Origin: an uncultured Planctomycetaceae bacterium
Lineage (GTDB): Bacteria > Planctomycetota > Planctomycetia > Pirellulales > Thermoguttaceae
Direction: 5' to 3'
DNA length: 64,000 bases
NCBI GenBank assembly: GCA_964442735.1
Contig: CAYUAP010000003.1
Span: 23,115-87,114, forward strand
Shown here: positions 1 to 10,910 of the stretch, piece by piece
Layout of the letters: the number at the start of each line of letters is the position of its first letter
Position numbering within the stretch: position 1 is the stretch's first letter
Position numbers and translations under genes: made by a program
Notes under the pieces: generated by a model
Databases searched by the model: none
The model's input: only the letters and a program-made list of their open reading frames with translations
What the model was told of the DNA's origin: nothing

Positions 1-3000
1 GAATTTGGGCCAACTCCACCGTTAAAATCTACGGAGGTAAAATCGCCTATAATTATACACTTAATAATATCGGAAATGGAATTTACATTCAGCCGGCCGA
101 TTCTTCCAGCGCAATTAGAGATCCGTTGATTTATATCGGCGGGTCTGGCAGTGTATCCACCTCCAATAAAGTGTATATTGGAAGTATTACTCAAATACAT
201 GATAAACCGTCTGGTATTCCTTTAATCCCCATTCGTGTGGAATCAACTTTAACCACAGTCGGTTCCATTATGTATATTAGTTTGGCTTCTTCTCTGGCCA
301 GTTCCATGAAAGAAGGATTTCCTTTGATTTATTTCGAATCCGGATTGGATGTCGTTGAAAGTAAATTTACTTTAGACAGTACCGATTGGGAATTCTGTAT
401 TAGTACCGGAGAATATAACAATGGAACGATTACAGACTACAAAACACAATTTGGTGCTCTTCCCGATTCTATTAGTAATGGAACAGTGATCGAAGACAAC
501 GCAGCTTATGCACAAATGTTGGTCTTTCACCTTATTACGAATAACAATGCCTACTCCATACGTATCGGAGATCTCTTCTTTACGACCCGGGACAACGCCT
601 TTGAATGGATCGAAACCTATTATATTAATGGGACGGAAAGTATGATGACTCCATGGATCTATACTAATTATTATCTCGCAGAGGTCGGTTCTTCCGTGGA
701 TAATCCATTGATTTTGAATATGATTCATAACACCTCTTCAACGCAAATCGATAAAGTAAAAAATCATCTAATGATTCGATCCGAAACCGAATCGACAAAA
801 AATTCCATTATGTCTATTATCGGAAGTGCCCCCACCGATTACAGTTATTTTCTCTTCTCCGGGACAGAAGCTTCCCGAACAGGGTCCGTTGTTGCCATGA
901 CCTCTTCCTTTACCTGGTCGGACGAAGGTGATTTTGAAATGTCCATAAATCATGCAGCAGTTATTCCGATGGATTCATCCGCTCTGGTAACCGTAAACGC
1001 AAACTCTTCCTTGACTCTTGGCGAAAATACGATCGATTCCGGTTATCTGACGATTAACGCAAATTATCAATATGCAAAACAGGGGGCCTATTATCTGGTT
1101 GAGGGATCTCTTGATGCTCCTGGTCAGTTGATTATTAATTCCAAAACAACGGTCAAAAATAACAGGAATTCCTATAGCGAAGCAATCAATCTGAATCGAA
1201 TGGCAGGCTGTGTCGTTGTTACCGGATACGGTGAATTAACTTTACGCGGTACAATTCAGGAATGTCTCGGTACAACAGCCGGTGCTATTGTGATTAATTC
1301 TTCTAACGCAACTGTCACTATCGATGGTGGAAAAATCCTCGGCTGCAATTCAGGGATAGCCTCTTTTAATGGTCAGATTATTTCTGGAACAGTTTCTGGC
1401 GCCGGTGCTATATGGAATGCTTCCGGAGATATCACCAACGAAGGAAAAGTCTGGTTCTATCTTGATACGGATACAACCCATTCCAGTCCCATTTATTCCG
1501 AACTCGCCGGTAACGTTCATCAGGGTGATACTTTTACCATCTCCTCCGGAAGTCATGCGGGGACATATGTCATTTCTGTTGATACTTCCGATAATATCAC
1601 CTTTGTCAGGCAGGGTGACAGTTCCATAACCGGGATTGGTGTAACTACAAATGGCGGAACACTCTATATTCCCTGGGATAAAGCAACGATCGAACTCCCA
1701 AAATCGTTAATTCCTGATAATGAAGTGACTTGGTTCTATTACGCTGACGGTAGTTACATGGGCTCTAAATTCGGGCCCGTGGTTACTGGTGATACCGTTA
1801 CTTTTTATAATTATGGCACGAACGTTTATGTGACCTATACTGTAACTAACAATTCCGGAATCATTACCATTACAGGAAGTGATAGTTCCTCCGGAACCGG
1901 GCAGATTAGTCCCGTAGAATACTCCCTGTGGGGGACAGGAGGAACCATTACGATAAATGGAACGGCGATGATTACTGAAAATAACGGACGATACGGAGGT
2001 ATTTTCAATACAGGGACCATTAATATGAATGGTGGAACTTTTATTGATAATACAAATAACATCGTTTCTTCCACGTCCGATGTCAATTCCGACTCTATTA
2101 CTCTAACTGGTGGCAACATTACAGTTGTTACCAGCGGTACCAATAAAACGATTACCATTATCGATACATACGCATCTGTTATCGGAAGTAATGGAAGAAC
2201 ATATCCCGTGATCGAATCACGAAGCGATTCTCAGGTGGCCGGTATCATTACGATTGGTTCATATAAATATAAATATAATTCGGCAACGTTGGTATTTACC
2301 TATAATCAGACAACTCCGAACCTCTCTTCCGCCGTGATTACCGTTGATACAGCCAATACCACAGTTCCCGATATTACAACCGCGATAGCCATCATCAGTG
2401 CTACGGGAATTAATACTGAACCGATTCGGGACAATATCGCCATTTGGCAAAGCGGAATTCTTAATATGTCTGGCTCTGCCTATATCAATGATAGTAATAT
2501 CGTCTACCTGGACGAATGTCAAGTTTTTACGATAACAGGAGAACTCAATACTTCCACCTATACCAATGCCGGATCCTCCTTGAGTTATGATTCATGGAGT
2601 ATGGAACCAATGACAATTCTCTATATCGTCGATATGACTGGAGTACCCTCCGATCAAAATATTACCGAAGCAACTGCTCTGATGGAATCGGGAATTCTTC
2701 AGCATATTCGGACAAATGCTGTTGTTCAGGACGTTAATCGCACGACGAGTGTTCTGACACCGAATATCGTTATCTCCTACGCGACCTTGACCTATTGGGA
2801 AAATTTTGATTCGTCCGATACCGTATCCTATCAGGATCCAACCACCTATCTCGGAGGAGATGTTGTTAGTACCATGACCTATTTCCAGGTAATGACGGCC
2901 TCTGGTGGAGACTTCATGATAAAGAATAATTATGCGTTCATCGGTTGGAATTCGAAGCAGGATGGAACAGGAACCTGGTATCATCCCGGCGAGGCACTTT

Positions 3001-6000
3001 CGGAAAATATCACACTGACATCTTTGAGTACAATACTGTATGCGCAATGGTCCAATACCTATCTTTCAACTCTGGATGATGAAATCGTAACGGGCGATGG
3101 ATATCGTTCTTTACGGGAAGCCTTGATTATTTCACAGTATTCGAACGACTTTTTCGATCATTTTATTACAATACAAACCGACTATACGAAATGGGAACAG
3201 TACTCCGGTAATACTGGCGATAATAAAAGCGGACAGGAGTGGACATGGGCCTTCCCTACGAATTTAACCGTCTATTTGAGTTCGACTTATTCCGGACTGA
3301 ATCAAGCATTAACGACGAATTCACTAGCTGATATTACCGCTGTTATGAATGAATATACGGGAATTATCGGTGGAATAACACGTTACGCCGCGAAAAGTAC
3401 GATTTTCACCAATGGCTCTCTCGTTTACGGATTTTATGGAGACACTGTTACCGGTTCAACACTTCAGGAAATATCTGTAGACAAACTGGATGGAACAAGT
3501 CTAACGTGCTATGTCATCAATACAAATGGAGAGATTACACTTTACAGCGATTCTACTGGAACGAATAAAGTCGCAAACGGAACGGCCTGGACCGATACAA
3601 CACTCTTTCTTGAAAATGAAAATAACGAAAATTATACCTTTGCGGGTTCCGTTTCGGGGGCAGTTGTACTCGATAATGTTGTTGCCGTTGGTAATGCAAC
3701 CTGTCAAATAACAACGGCGATTACCGGTGGATTTAATTACACCTCGTATTATGGAATTACCGGAATGACCGCTGTTACTACCGGTCTTAACCTGGATACA
3801 TATGATTTAATTGTACAAACTCTAACGGGGACCGGACTCTATTACAGTGGCTCTGTTACTCTGTTTACCAATACCAACGGATTAACAATCGGATATGTCG
3901 AAAATGCGGTAACCACAAGTGGTTCCATTACACTAAAAGGCAACTCAACCAGTTATTATGTTACTGTTTCCGGTTCGACTATAACTTTATGGACAGATAG
4001 TACCCAAACAACCAAACTGGCCTCGGGAAAAGTCTATTCCGATGAAACATTATTCTTCGCAACAGACGATACCGATCAAACTGCCCCAATTCAAAAAAAA
4101 TCGGGAGAGGTCACCGATAACGAATCCATTATATTTGACAATCTGGTTCAATGTACGATTGCTATTGATACGTCAGGAAATATTACTTTTTCTTCCAATA
4201 GCGATACACGAACTCATAATATTATCATTGATGCTGGACAGGAATCAATAACAACGGAAACAGGATTTCGTCATTTAGTATTGTCCGTTACTAATGATAT
4301 ATTGAGTAATCCGGTCAAGATATCCGGTCTTCATTTCATTAATGGACGTGAAAAAAATGGTGGTTCCATTTATATTTCCGCAGGTAATATTACCTTCGAA
4401 AGCTGTAACTTTTATGATAATACCGCGTATACAAGCAACAGTTATGCTACAGGAGCTACAGGAAACGGAGGGGCTATTGCTAATATGGGTGGTACTCTGA
4501 CACTTGCCTCCTACTCCAGTGTGGAAATTTCCGACTTCAATACGAATATCAGTAATCAAACGAATCCTGATCGCATTAATGCACGTCTGGGAGGGGCCAT
4601 ATTCAATACATCGACATGTTCTATAACCGACTCCTATTGTTCCTGGCTGAACGTTAGTTGGTGTGGGGGCGCTCTTTATAATAAATATATCGGAACTCTC
4701 AACAGTGACGGACTTTTGGATGGGACACTGGCATCCATGTCGATTACAAACTCTACTATATTCCATAATACTGCTGACTACGGTGGTGGTATTGCTAATT
4801 ATGGAATAATGACGATAGAAAAGTCGAAAACGTCTTCATCATCACTCCTGAATACGATTCTTTATAACCAGGCCAATTACAATGGGGGGGGAATACTTAA
4901 TGGATATATGTTGACGACGACAGGAATTCAGAATTCTCTCACTATAGGCGATATTTCAATTTCCCACAATAATGCTCTTGGAAACGGTACCTCGGATATT
5001 AAAATACTTAACGGCGGTTTCGGCGGAGGTGTTATTAATGGTTCCATTATGACAATTCAAGGAACTATCTTTTCACAGAACAATGCAACCATTAATGGTG
5101 GAGGAATTAGTAATACAAGAGCTTCATCTGTTTATGGAACTGGTTTCAGTACCGAAGCTTATGGTGTTTTACTCATTCAGGACAACGAAAACAGTGTCTA
5201 TACAATCTTTAATCTGAATACCGCAACAGAATGTGGAGGAGGAATCGGCAATTGGGGCCATTTAACGATTCAAGGACAGACCAGTTTCGTCTCGAATACA
5301 GCCGCCCTGGGAGATCAGATTTACAATGCCGGTATTTATACGTCCAATACAAACGCGATTGTACCTGCGGCACTTGTCAATACAAACTCCATTATTTCTG
5401 TTTTTGCGTCAGCTCTATCAACACGACAAATTTCTGAATTTGCAAGTATGAACGACAATATTGATCTTTTAGTCAAATTCGAGGATGAAGATTATGAAAA
5501 TCTTGGTCCGGCTAATTCGATAACTCCAGCTTCATTAAATTTAGAAGAAGGAACACATTACTTTTCTTGTATTCTGGCTGCTGATTCTGTCAAAACGGAA
5601 GAAATTCCTTTTTATATAACGATTCTACCCGAAACAAAAAATGAAGAAAATTCGGCTTCCGTTTCGGTGAATAAAAGTTCCTACTATGACGATACGGTGG
5701 TTAAACTGAATATAACTGCGAATTTTTCCGAAAAAAACAGATCTGGATACCGATGGACCATTCATTGGGGAGATGAAAAAATGGATTGTTACGATGGTGA
5801 TGCGAACATACTCTTTAATCAATCCAATTCCATTTCGCTCCTGCATTACTATTTGCCGCAGAACGAAACAAAAGTCTATGATATTACCTTGGAAATATTG
5901 GACTGCATAGGAGAAGGTGGAGAACACTTTTATTACCTTGGTTCACACCAGGTTCCAGCTTCTTTACTGAATAATGAAATATTTTCCATCAATTCCATTC

Positions 6001-6347
6001 AAGAATGTACAATATCAGAAATGGTATCAAGCTCAAGTGTTGTTTCCCGCGACCTCGATATTTTTACCAGAGAAATCGGAGTAATTTACAATCGTCATCT
6101 ATTTCAGAACGATATAACTCGAATGATATCTCGAAAAGATATTATTGATAATATATACAATAGTGATGCAGAAAACTTTTTGCGGTCGGAACAAAATACA
6201 TTGATAAACATTTGGGAACAATATCCTGAAGAAGCGAGTTCCATATTGGATTTACCAGAAATTGACTTCATGACAAAAGATGTTTCTGATTATTATGAAA
6301 ACATTTTCGAAGAATATTTTCCAGATATATTCAAACGAACTCTATAA
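1..6347 (+). CDS. Giant secreted/surface repeat protein, N-terminus outside the window (>2,100 aa visible): beta-helix-like repeats, one Listeria-Bacteroides type repeat, block of chlamydial Pmp-type GGA[ILV]/FxxN repeats
   Basis: Frame 3 is open from nt 3 (IWANSTVKIYGGKIAYNYTLNNIGNGIYIQ...), so the TTG at 126 in the ORF track is internal. YAFIGWNSKQDGTGTWYHPGE...LYAQW lies at ~2931-3051. Between ~4350 and ~5340: GGSIYI, GGAIAN, GGAIFN, GGALYN, GGGIAN, GGGILN, GGGVIN, GGGISN, GGGIGN, each followed by F/I-x-x-N segments. Stop at 6345-6347. Confidence 0.85.
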   Translation, partial: IWANSTVKIYGGKIAYNYTLNNIGNGIYIQPADSSSAIRDPLIYIGGSGSVSTSNKVYIGSITQIHDKPSGIPLIPIRVESTLTTVGSIMYISLASSLASSMKEGFPLIYFESGLDVVESKFTLDSTDWEFCISTGEYNNGTITDYKTQFGALPDSISNGTVIEDNAAYAQMLVFHLITNNNAYSIRIGDLFFTTRDNAFEWIETYYINGTESMMTPWIYTNYYLAEVGSSVDNPLILNMIHNTSSTQIDKVKNHLMIRSETESTKNSIMSIIGSAPTDYSYFLFSGTEASRTGSVVAMTSSFTWSDEGDFEMSINHAAVIPMDSSALVTVNANSSLTLGENTIDSGYLTINANYQYAKQGAYYLVEGSLDAPGQLIINSKTTVKNNRNSYSEAINLNRMAGCVVVTGYGELTLRGTIQECLGTTAGAIVINSSNATVTIDGGKILGCNSGIASFNGQIISGTVSGAGAIWNASGDITNEGKVWFYLDTDTTHSSPIYSELAGNVHQGDTFTISSGSHAGTYVISVDTSDNITFVRQGDSSITGIGVTTNGGTLYIPWDKATIELPKSLIPDNEVTWFYYADGSYMGSKFGPVVTGDTVTFYNYGTNVYVTYTVTNNSGIITITGSDSSSGTGQISPVEYSLWGTGGTITINGTAMITENNGRYGGIFNTGTINMNGGTFIDNTNNIVSSTSDVNSDSITLTGGNITVVTSGTNKTITIIDTYASVIGSNGRTYPVIESRSDSQVAGIITIGSYKYKYNSATLVFTYNQTTPNLSSAVITVDTANTTVPDITTAIAIISATGINTEPIRDNIAIWQSGILNMSGSAYINDSNIVYLDECQVFTITGELNTSTYTNAGSSLSYDSWSMEPMTILYIVDMTGVPSDQNITEATALMESGILQHIRTNAVVQDVNRTTSVLTPNIVISYATLTYWENFDSSDTVSYQDPTTYLGGDVVSTMTYFQVMTASGGDFMIKNNYAFIGWNSKQDGTGTWYHPGEALSENITLTSLSTILYAQWSNTYLSTLDDEIVTGDGYRSLREALIISQYSNDFFDHFITIQTDYTKWEQYSGNTGDNKSGQEWTWAFPTNLTVYLSSTYSGLNQALTTNSLADITAVMNEYTGIIGGITRYAAKSTIFTNGSLVYGFYGDTVTGSTLQEISVDKLDGTSLTCYVINTNGEITLYSDSTGTNKVANGTAWTDTTLFLENENNENYTFAGSVSGAVVLDNVVAVGNATCQITTAITGGFNYTSYYGITGMTAVTTGLNLDTYDLIVQTLTGTGLYYSGSVTLFTNTNGLTIGYVENAVTTSGSITLKGNSTSYYVTVSGSTITLWTDSTQTTKLASGKVYSDETLFFATDDTDQTAPIQKKSGEVTDNESIIFDNLVQCTIAIDTSGNITFSSNSDTRTHNIIIDAGQESITTETGFRHLVLSVTNDILSNPVKISGLHFINGREKNGGSIYISAGNITFESCNFYDNTAYTSNSYATGATGNGGAIANMGGTLTLASYSSVEISDFNTNISNQTNPDRINARLGGAIFNTSTCSITDSYCSWLNVSWCGGALYNKYIGTLNSDGLLDGTLASMSITNSTIFHNTADYGGGIANYGIMTIEKSKTSSSSLLNTILYNQANYNGGGILNGYMLTTTGIQNSLTIGDISISHNNALGNGTSDIKILNGGFGGGVINGSIMTIQGTIFSQNNATINGGGISNTRASSVYGTGFSTEAYGVLLIQDNENSVYTIFNLNTATECGGGIGNWGHLTIQGQTSFVSNTAALGDQIYNAGIYTSNTNAIVPAALVNTNSIISVFASALSTRQISEFASMNDNIDLLVKFEDEDYENLGPANSITPASLNLEEGTHYFSCILAADSVKTEEIPFYITILPETKNEENSASVSVNKSSYYDDTVVKLNITANFSEKNRSGYRWTIHWGDEKMDCYDGDANILFNQSNSISLLHYYLPQNETKVYDITLEILDCIGEGGEHFYYLGSHQVPASLLNNEIFSINSIQECTISEMVSSSSVVSRDLDIFTREIGVIYNRHLFQNDITRMISRKDIIDNIYNSDAENFLRSEQNTLINIWEQYPEEASSILDLPEIDFMTKDVSDYYENIFEEYFPDIFKRTL

Positions 6348-6530
6348 AAGAGAGAAAGGTGAACTTTTGAAATGAATAGTATTTGAACCATAGATACAAT
6401 AAAAATGGAATACCGGATTCTTCATGTTCGGTCAAATGACAAAAGTCATTTCCCGTATATCGTATCCATAACTTCAATATTTTACATACGTTACTATACA
6501 GGTTTAAGAACATCCTTTTATTTATGATAT

Positions 6531-6566
6531 ACGTTCGTTATTTCAACATAAACGAACGTTTGTATT
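6531..6566 (+). terminator. Hairpin (9-bp stem acgttcgtt/aacgaacgt, 11-nt loop) followed by a T-rich tail; possible terminator of the giant gene
   Basis: acgttcgtt atttcaacata aacgaacgt ttgtatt read directly. It lies ~185 nt after the stop, so assignment is weak. Confidence 0.3.
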
Positions 6567-6869
6567 CATAAATACAAAAAAACACGTCTAAAATCTAAAG
6601 TAGACGGAACTCAATGTCTTCCGGGGAGAAATGATCGAAGAAATAAAGTTCACCGAACTTGTTGTACGATGAAAAAAATGGATTTCTTTCAATCTCCCCG
6701 CTTTTAATTGCAGACATTCTCTTTAGCTTTAAAATATTCCAATTGATGGAGGGGATTTTCAGAAAAATTTCCCATCACCTTCTACTCGAAAACTTTTTAG
6801 TGGTAACGATGATTCCTTTTTCAAGATTGATCCGTTTACAATACAACCATTCAAAATAAATCTTTTGAG

Positions 6870-7751
6870 TTAGTCGATAATTTTATTAATTTTATATTCA
6901 ATAATACCGCAAGCCCCGGCCGCTTTTAATTGCGGAATCAAGGTACGAACAGTACTCGACTTCATAATAGTAACAAGATCAAGCCAATCGGGATCGGACA
7001 GTTCGGAAATCGTCGGTTTTTGCAAGGCTGGCAGAATATTCAAAACAGCCTGTAAATTTTTACGTTGAACATTCATCATCATGGCGACCATGCCTTCTGC
7101 GGCCATAGTCGCACGGAGCATTAGAACGATATCTTCGATTTTCTTTTTCTTCCAGGGATCCTGAAATGCAGTTTTATTGGCTATAAATCGTGTCGTACTC
7201 TGAAGTATTTCATCGACAATACGTAAATTATTGGCGCGAAGAGAATTACCTGTTTCGGTAACTTCGACAATAGCATCAGCTAGTTTCGGTGGCTTCACTT
7301 CTGTAGCCCCCCAACTGAATTCGACATTTGCCTTAACACCATGTTTTGCCAAATATTGTTGTGTCAGACCGACCGCTTCGGTCGCTATACGTTTTCCTGC
7401 CAGATCCTTTACCGATTGTACTGGTGAATTTTCCGGGACACAGAGAACCCAACGAACAGGATTACGACTAACCTTGGAAAAACGAAGTTCTTCCACCTCA
7501 ATGACATCGGCTCCGGTTTCGACGATCCAGTCATGCCCGGTCAAACCAGCGTCCAAAACACCATTTTCAACATAACGTGCCATTTCCTGGGCCCGTATCA
7601 ACATACATTCAATTTCTTCGTCATTGATTGTTGGAAAATAGCTTCGTTTCTCTACTGTTATATTAAAGCCACTATTACAGAATAATTCTATCGTTGCTTC
7701 CTGTAAACTACCTGCCGGAATACCTAATTTTAATATGTTACCGTTTGCCAT
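6870..7751 (-). CDS. hisG: ATP phosphoribosyltransferase, long form
   Basis: 293-aa ORF. N-terminus [24 protein letters not shown]. Catalytic core plus a C-terminal regulatory extension typical of long-form HisG. ATG at 7749-7751. Confidence 0.9.
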   Translation of the reverse strand: MANGNILKLGIPAGSLQEATIELFCNSGFNITVEKRSYFPTINDEEIECMLIRAQEMARYVENGVLDAGLTGHDWIVETGADVIEVEELRFSKVSRNPVRWVLCVPENSPVQSVKDLAGKRIATEAVGLTQQYLAKHGVKANVEFSWGATEVKPPKLADAIVEVTETGNSLRANNLRIVDEILQSTTRFIANKTAFQDPWKKKKIEDIVLMLRATMAAEGMVAMMMNVQRKNLQAVLNILPALQKPTISELSDPDWLDLVTIMKSSTVRTLIPQLKAAGACGIIEYKINKIID

Positions 7752-8174
7752 GAATCTTTTCTAATTTATCCTTAATTTATCTGTTCCTAATCGAATTCAC
7801 AATAGAAATGTTCAAAAAACAAAAAACACTCAAGAGAACCACCGCTTTCCAGGTCTGTTTTCAATGGGTTTTTATAAACACCTCTCCTGTATTATTTACT
7901 CCATACAAAACATTATAAATCAGGATAAAAAAACGTCAACCTTGTCATTTTTTACTTAACGATTATGATGATGAAATAATTTTAATCTTTTGCACTCATT
8001 TTTTTTAATACAATCATTACAATTCAACATTAATTTTTAATAAATGTTAATTAAGTTCTAGACAAAGAGAATAAATTGGATTATAGTATTGGAAGATGAA
8101 ACATTCCTTTTAGGTTAGTTTTCATACACTGGGGTTTTTATCTTTTGACACATAACAGTAAAAGAGTAGAATAA

Positions 8175-9383
8175 ATGTACATGATTATTATTTTAGGATT
8201 ACAGACAATTTTATTACCTTTTATATTATGGTTGATTCTATTATTTTTTTCCGGACTTTTTCCATGTCGAAATCAACACGATGAAACGAAAATGCCGTTG
8301 CGGTTTGCCATTATGATCTGCGCGCGAAATGAAGAAACTGTTATTGCCAATATCCTAACCAGTCTTCAAAAACAGAACTACGGTCCCGATTGTTACCAGG
8401 TTTTCCTTGTAGCACATAATTGTAATGATCGAACGGTTGAAATTGCGCGCCAATATAACGTGAATATACTTGAGAGGATAGCGCCGGAAGAAAAAAGCAA
8501 GGGACATGCGTTAAAATATGGTATTTCACAACTGATAACGAATTATTCTGATGCCTTCGATGCTGTCTGTTTTTTTGATGCGGACAATATCCCCACCTCC
8601 AATTTTTTAAAGGAAATTAATTCCGTTTTATCACAGGGAGAAGCCGTTGTCGGTCAGCGCCTTGCCTTGAATCCCCATGAATCGTGTGTAACCGAGATGT
8701 TTGCCGTTCACTGGATGCTTGTCAATCGAATACATATTGCGGCACGTCATAATTTGGGCTTTTCCTGTTTTGTTCAAGGAACTGGATTTGCTGTTCCCCT
8801 AGCCTGTTTTCAGCCAAATGGCTGGCAGACAACGACCCTGACCGAGGATTTTGAATTCTCTATTAAACATGCCTTGGCTGGATATAGGATCCGTTACGTT
8901 CCGGAGGCGCTTTTTTACGATGAACAACCCGTTACATGCCGTGACTGGTACTGTCAGCTTCAACGATGGGTTTATGGCGCAAAACAAGGAATCTGTTTTG
9001 TCCCGGAAATTCTCCGTTCCTGTTGGTCAGGACATTGGCGAATGTTGGACCTGTTATGGAATACCTGTGGTCTTCCGGTCAGTTGTTCTGTCTTCTTGTT
9101 GACGACCTTGGTTACTATTCTCTTTTTATGCTTGGGACAAGAGACAAAAACCGTTCTGACTGCTAGTTCTATCGGTCTTCTTCTTTCTCTCTTTGGTATT
9201 TTTCTGACAGGCTGTGTCAGTATCATATTTGCGCGTTGTTCTCCGTTGCGTTATCTTCGTGGACTCTTGATGTATCCATTGTTTTCTTTAATGGTCATTT
9301 ATCTCTTTATTGTCACCCTCTTTCAACAAAAAGGAAAATGGCATGCGATCAAGCATAAAGGCAATCAAAAAAACAAAATGTAA
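8175..9383 (+). CDS. Membrane-embedded family-2 glycosyltransferase (processive synthase-like)
   Basis: N-terminal TM helix and several C-terminal TM helices around a GT-A core. Motifs ICARNEE, FFDADN, TEDFE and QLQRWVYG (Q-x-x-RW of processive GT2 synthases). Confidence 0.75.
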   Translation: MYMIIILGLQTILLPFILWLILLFFSGLFPCRNQHDETKMPLRFAIMICARNEETVIANILTSLQKQNYGPDCYQVFLVAHNCNDRTVEIARQYNVNILERIAPEEKSKGHALKYGISQLITNYSDAFDAVCFFDADNIPTSNFLKEINSVLSQGEAVVGQRLALNPHESCVTEMFAVHWMLVNRIHIAARHNLGFSCFVQGTGFAVPLACFQPNGWQTTTLTEDFEFSIKHALAGYRIRYVPEALFYDEQPVTCRDWYCQLQRWVYGAKQGICFVPEILRSCWSGHWRMLDLLWNTCGLPVSCSVFLLTTLVTILFLCLGQETKTVLTASSIGLLLSLFGIFLTGCVSIIFARCSPLRYLRGLLMYPLFSLMVIYLFIVTLFQQKGKWHAIKHKGNQKNKM

Positions 9384-9522
9384 TGTTAAGAAGAGCCTGT
9401 TATGAATGAATTGACATAGAAGTTATCCTCGGTTATAATATAATGAATACTCTCAACGTACAAACGGGAATATTATATTATGATTGATAATTAGATCAAA
9501 AAAGGAGATAAAACAGATAAAA

Positions 9523-10896
9523 ATGTCCAACGGAGCTGATTTTTTACATTCCTACGCCAAGGCGGTTGCCAATAACCTGCTCAAAACCGATTTCGAAACC
9601 CTTGACACAATTGTTGAACTGATTAAAAGAACCAAGAAAACAGGTAATCGTATTTATATTGCCGGAAACGGTGGTAGTGCGGCAACGGCATCCCATATGG
9701 CCAACGACCTGGTCAAGGGCGCTCGTGTTTGCGGACGTGAAGGATTTCGCGCTATTTGCCTCAACGACAGTACACCTATTGTTACCTGCCTGGCTAATGA
9801 TTTCTGTTACGATGATATTTATTCCATACAATTAAAGACCTATGCGCAAAAGGGAGATCTGTTTATCGTTTTTAGCGGTAGTGGAAATTCTCCTAACATA
9901 GTCAATGGCTCTAAAATGGCTCGGGAAATGGGACTGACAACTATTGCCTTTGGTGGACGTGACGGTGGAAAACTGCGGAATATCTGCGACTATATTTTGA
10001 TCGCCCCCACTAATTCCATGGAGCAGTTGGAAGATATGCACCTGCTCTACGAACATGCTATTGTCTCCCTGCTTCAAAAAGATCTGCCTGACCTGTTCGA
10101 TATAGAGACTATTCGTTATGCGGATATTAAACGTACCTTTAAAGTGGCTTTATTCGATTTCGATGGTACGTTGAGTCTGATTCGCGAAGGTTGGCAGAAT
10201 GTTATGATCCCCTATTTTTGTGAAGAACTCCGAAAATACTCCTCCAATATAGAGGAAATTGAATCGACGGTTCGTGACTTCGTTGATCGTATTACCGGTA
10301 AACAGACAATTTATCAGTGTATTCAACTGGTTGAGGAGATTAAAAAGCGTAAAGGAACGCCACTGGATCCCCTTGATTACAAACGAGAATACCTCTGTCG
10401 CCTGAATGATCATATAGGGGACCGTCTTCGTGCACTTCGAAAAAATGAGGCCGATCCGGACGACTATCTGGTTCCTGGAGCTCGCGCGTTTTTGGAGCAA
10501 TTAAAGGAGAAGGGAATTATTCTCTATCTGGCTAGTGGAACCGATGAAAATTTCGTTCTGGACGAAGCTTCCCTGTTAAAAGTGGCTGACTATTTCGATG
10601 GTGGACTCTACGGAGCCCAGGACAATTATAAAACCTTCTCGAAGGAATTGGTCATTAGGCGCCTCATTGAAATCAATGATCTCAAGGGAGGTGAATTACT
10701 CGGTTTTGGAGACGGGTTCGTTGAAATTGAAAATGTCCGTCAAGTGAATGGTTATGCGGTCGGCGTAGCTACAAACGAGATCGAGCGGAAAGGTATTAAT
10801 ACTTGGAAGAGAAATCGATTGTTGGAAGCAGGAGCCGATATTATCATTCCTGATTTCAGTGATCCGGAACGTCTAATCCGCTATTTATTACCATAA
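9523..10896 (+). CDS. Fusion protein: GmhA-like SIS (sedoheptulose-7-P isomerase type) domain + HAD-superfamily phosphatase domain
   Basis: IYIAGNGGSAATASHMANDL and FSGSGNSPN..LTTIAFGGRDGG resemble GmhA/DiaA-type SIS. The second half has HAD motifs FDFDGTLS, LASGTDE and GFGDGFVE. I prefer the ATG at 9523 (aaaggag upstream) over the TTG at 9484 in the track. Confidence 0.75.
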   Translation: MSNGADFLHSYAKAVANNLLKTDFETLDTIVELIKRTKKTGNRIYIAGNGGSAATASHMANDLVKGARVCGREGFRAICLNDSTPIVTCLANDFCYDDIYSIQLKTYAQKGDLFIVFSGSGNSPNIVNGSKMAREMGLTTIAFGGRDGGKLRNICDYILIAPTNSMEQLEDMHLLYEHAIVSLLQKDLPDLFDIETIRYADIKRTFKVALFDFDGTLSLIREGWQNVMIPYFCEELRKYSSNIEEIESTVRDFVDRITGKQTIYQCIQLVEEIKKRKGTPLDPLDYKREYLCRLNDHIGDRLRALRKNEADPDDYLVPGARAFLEQLKEKGIILYLASGTDENFVLDEASLLKVADYFDGGLYGAQDNYKTFSKELVIRRLIEINDLKGGELLGFGDGFVEIENVRQVNGYAVGVATNEIERKGINTWKRNRLLEAGADIIIPDFSDPERLIRYLLP

Positions 10897-10910
10897 ACGG
10901 AGGATATTTC

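Noticed and set aside
126-128. TTG at 126, given by the ORF track as the start of the giant protein
   Set aside because: The same frame is open back to nt 3 and already encodes repeat-like sequence, so the gene starts upstream of the window.
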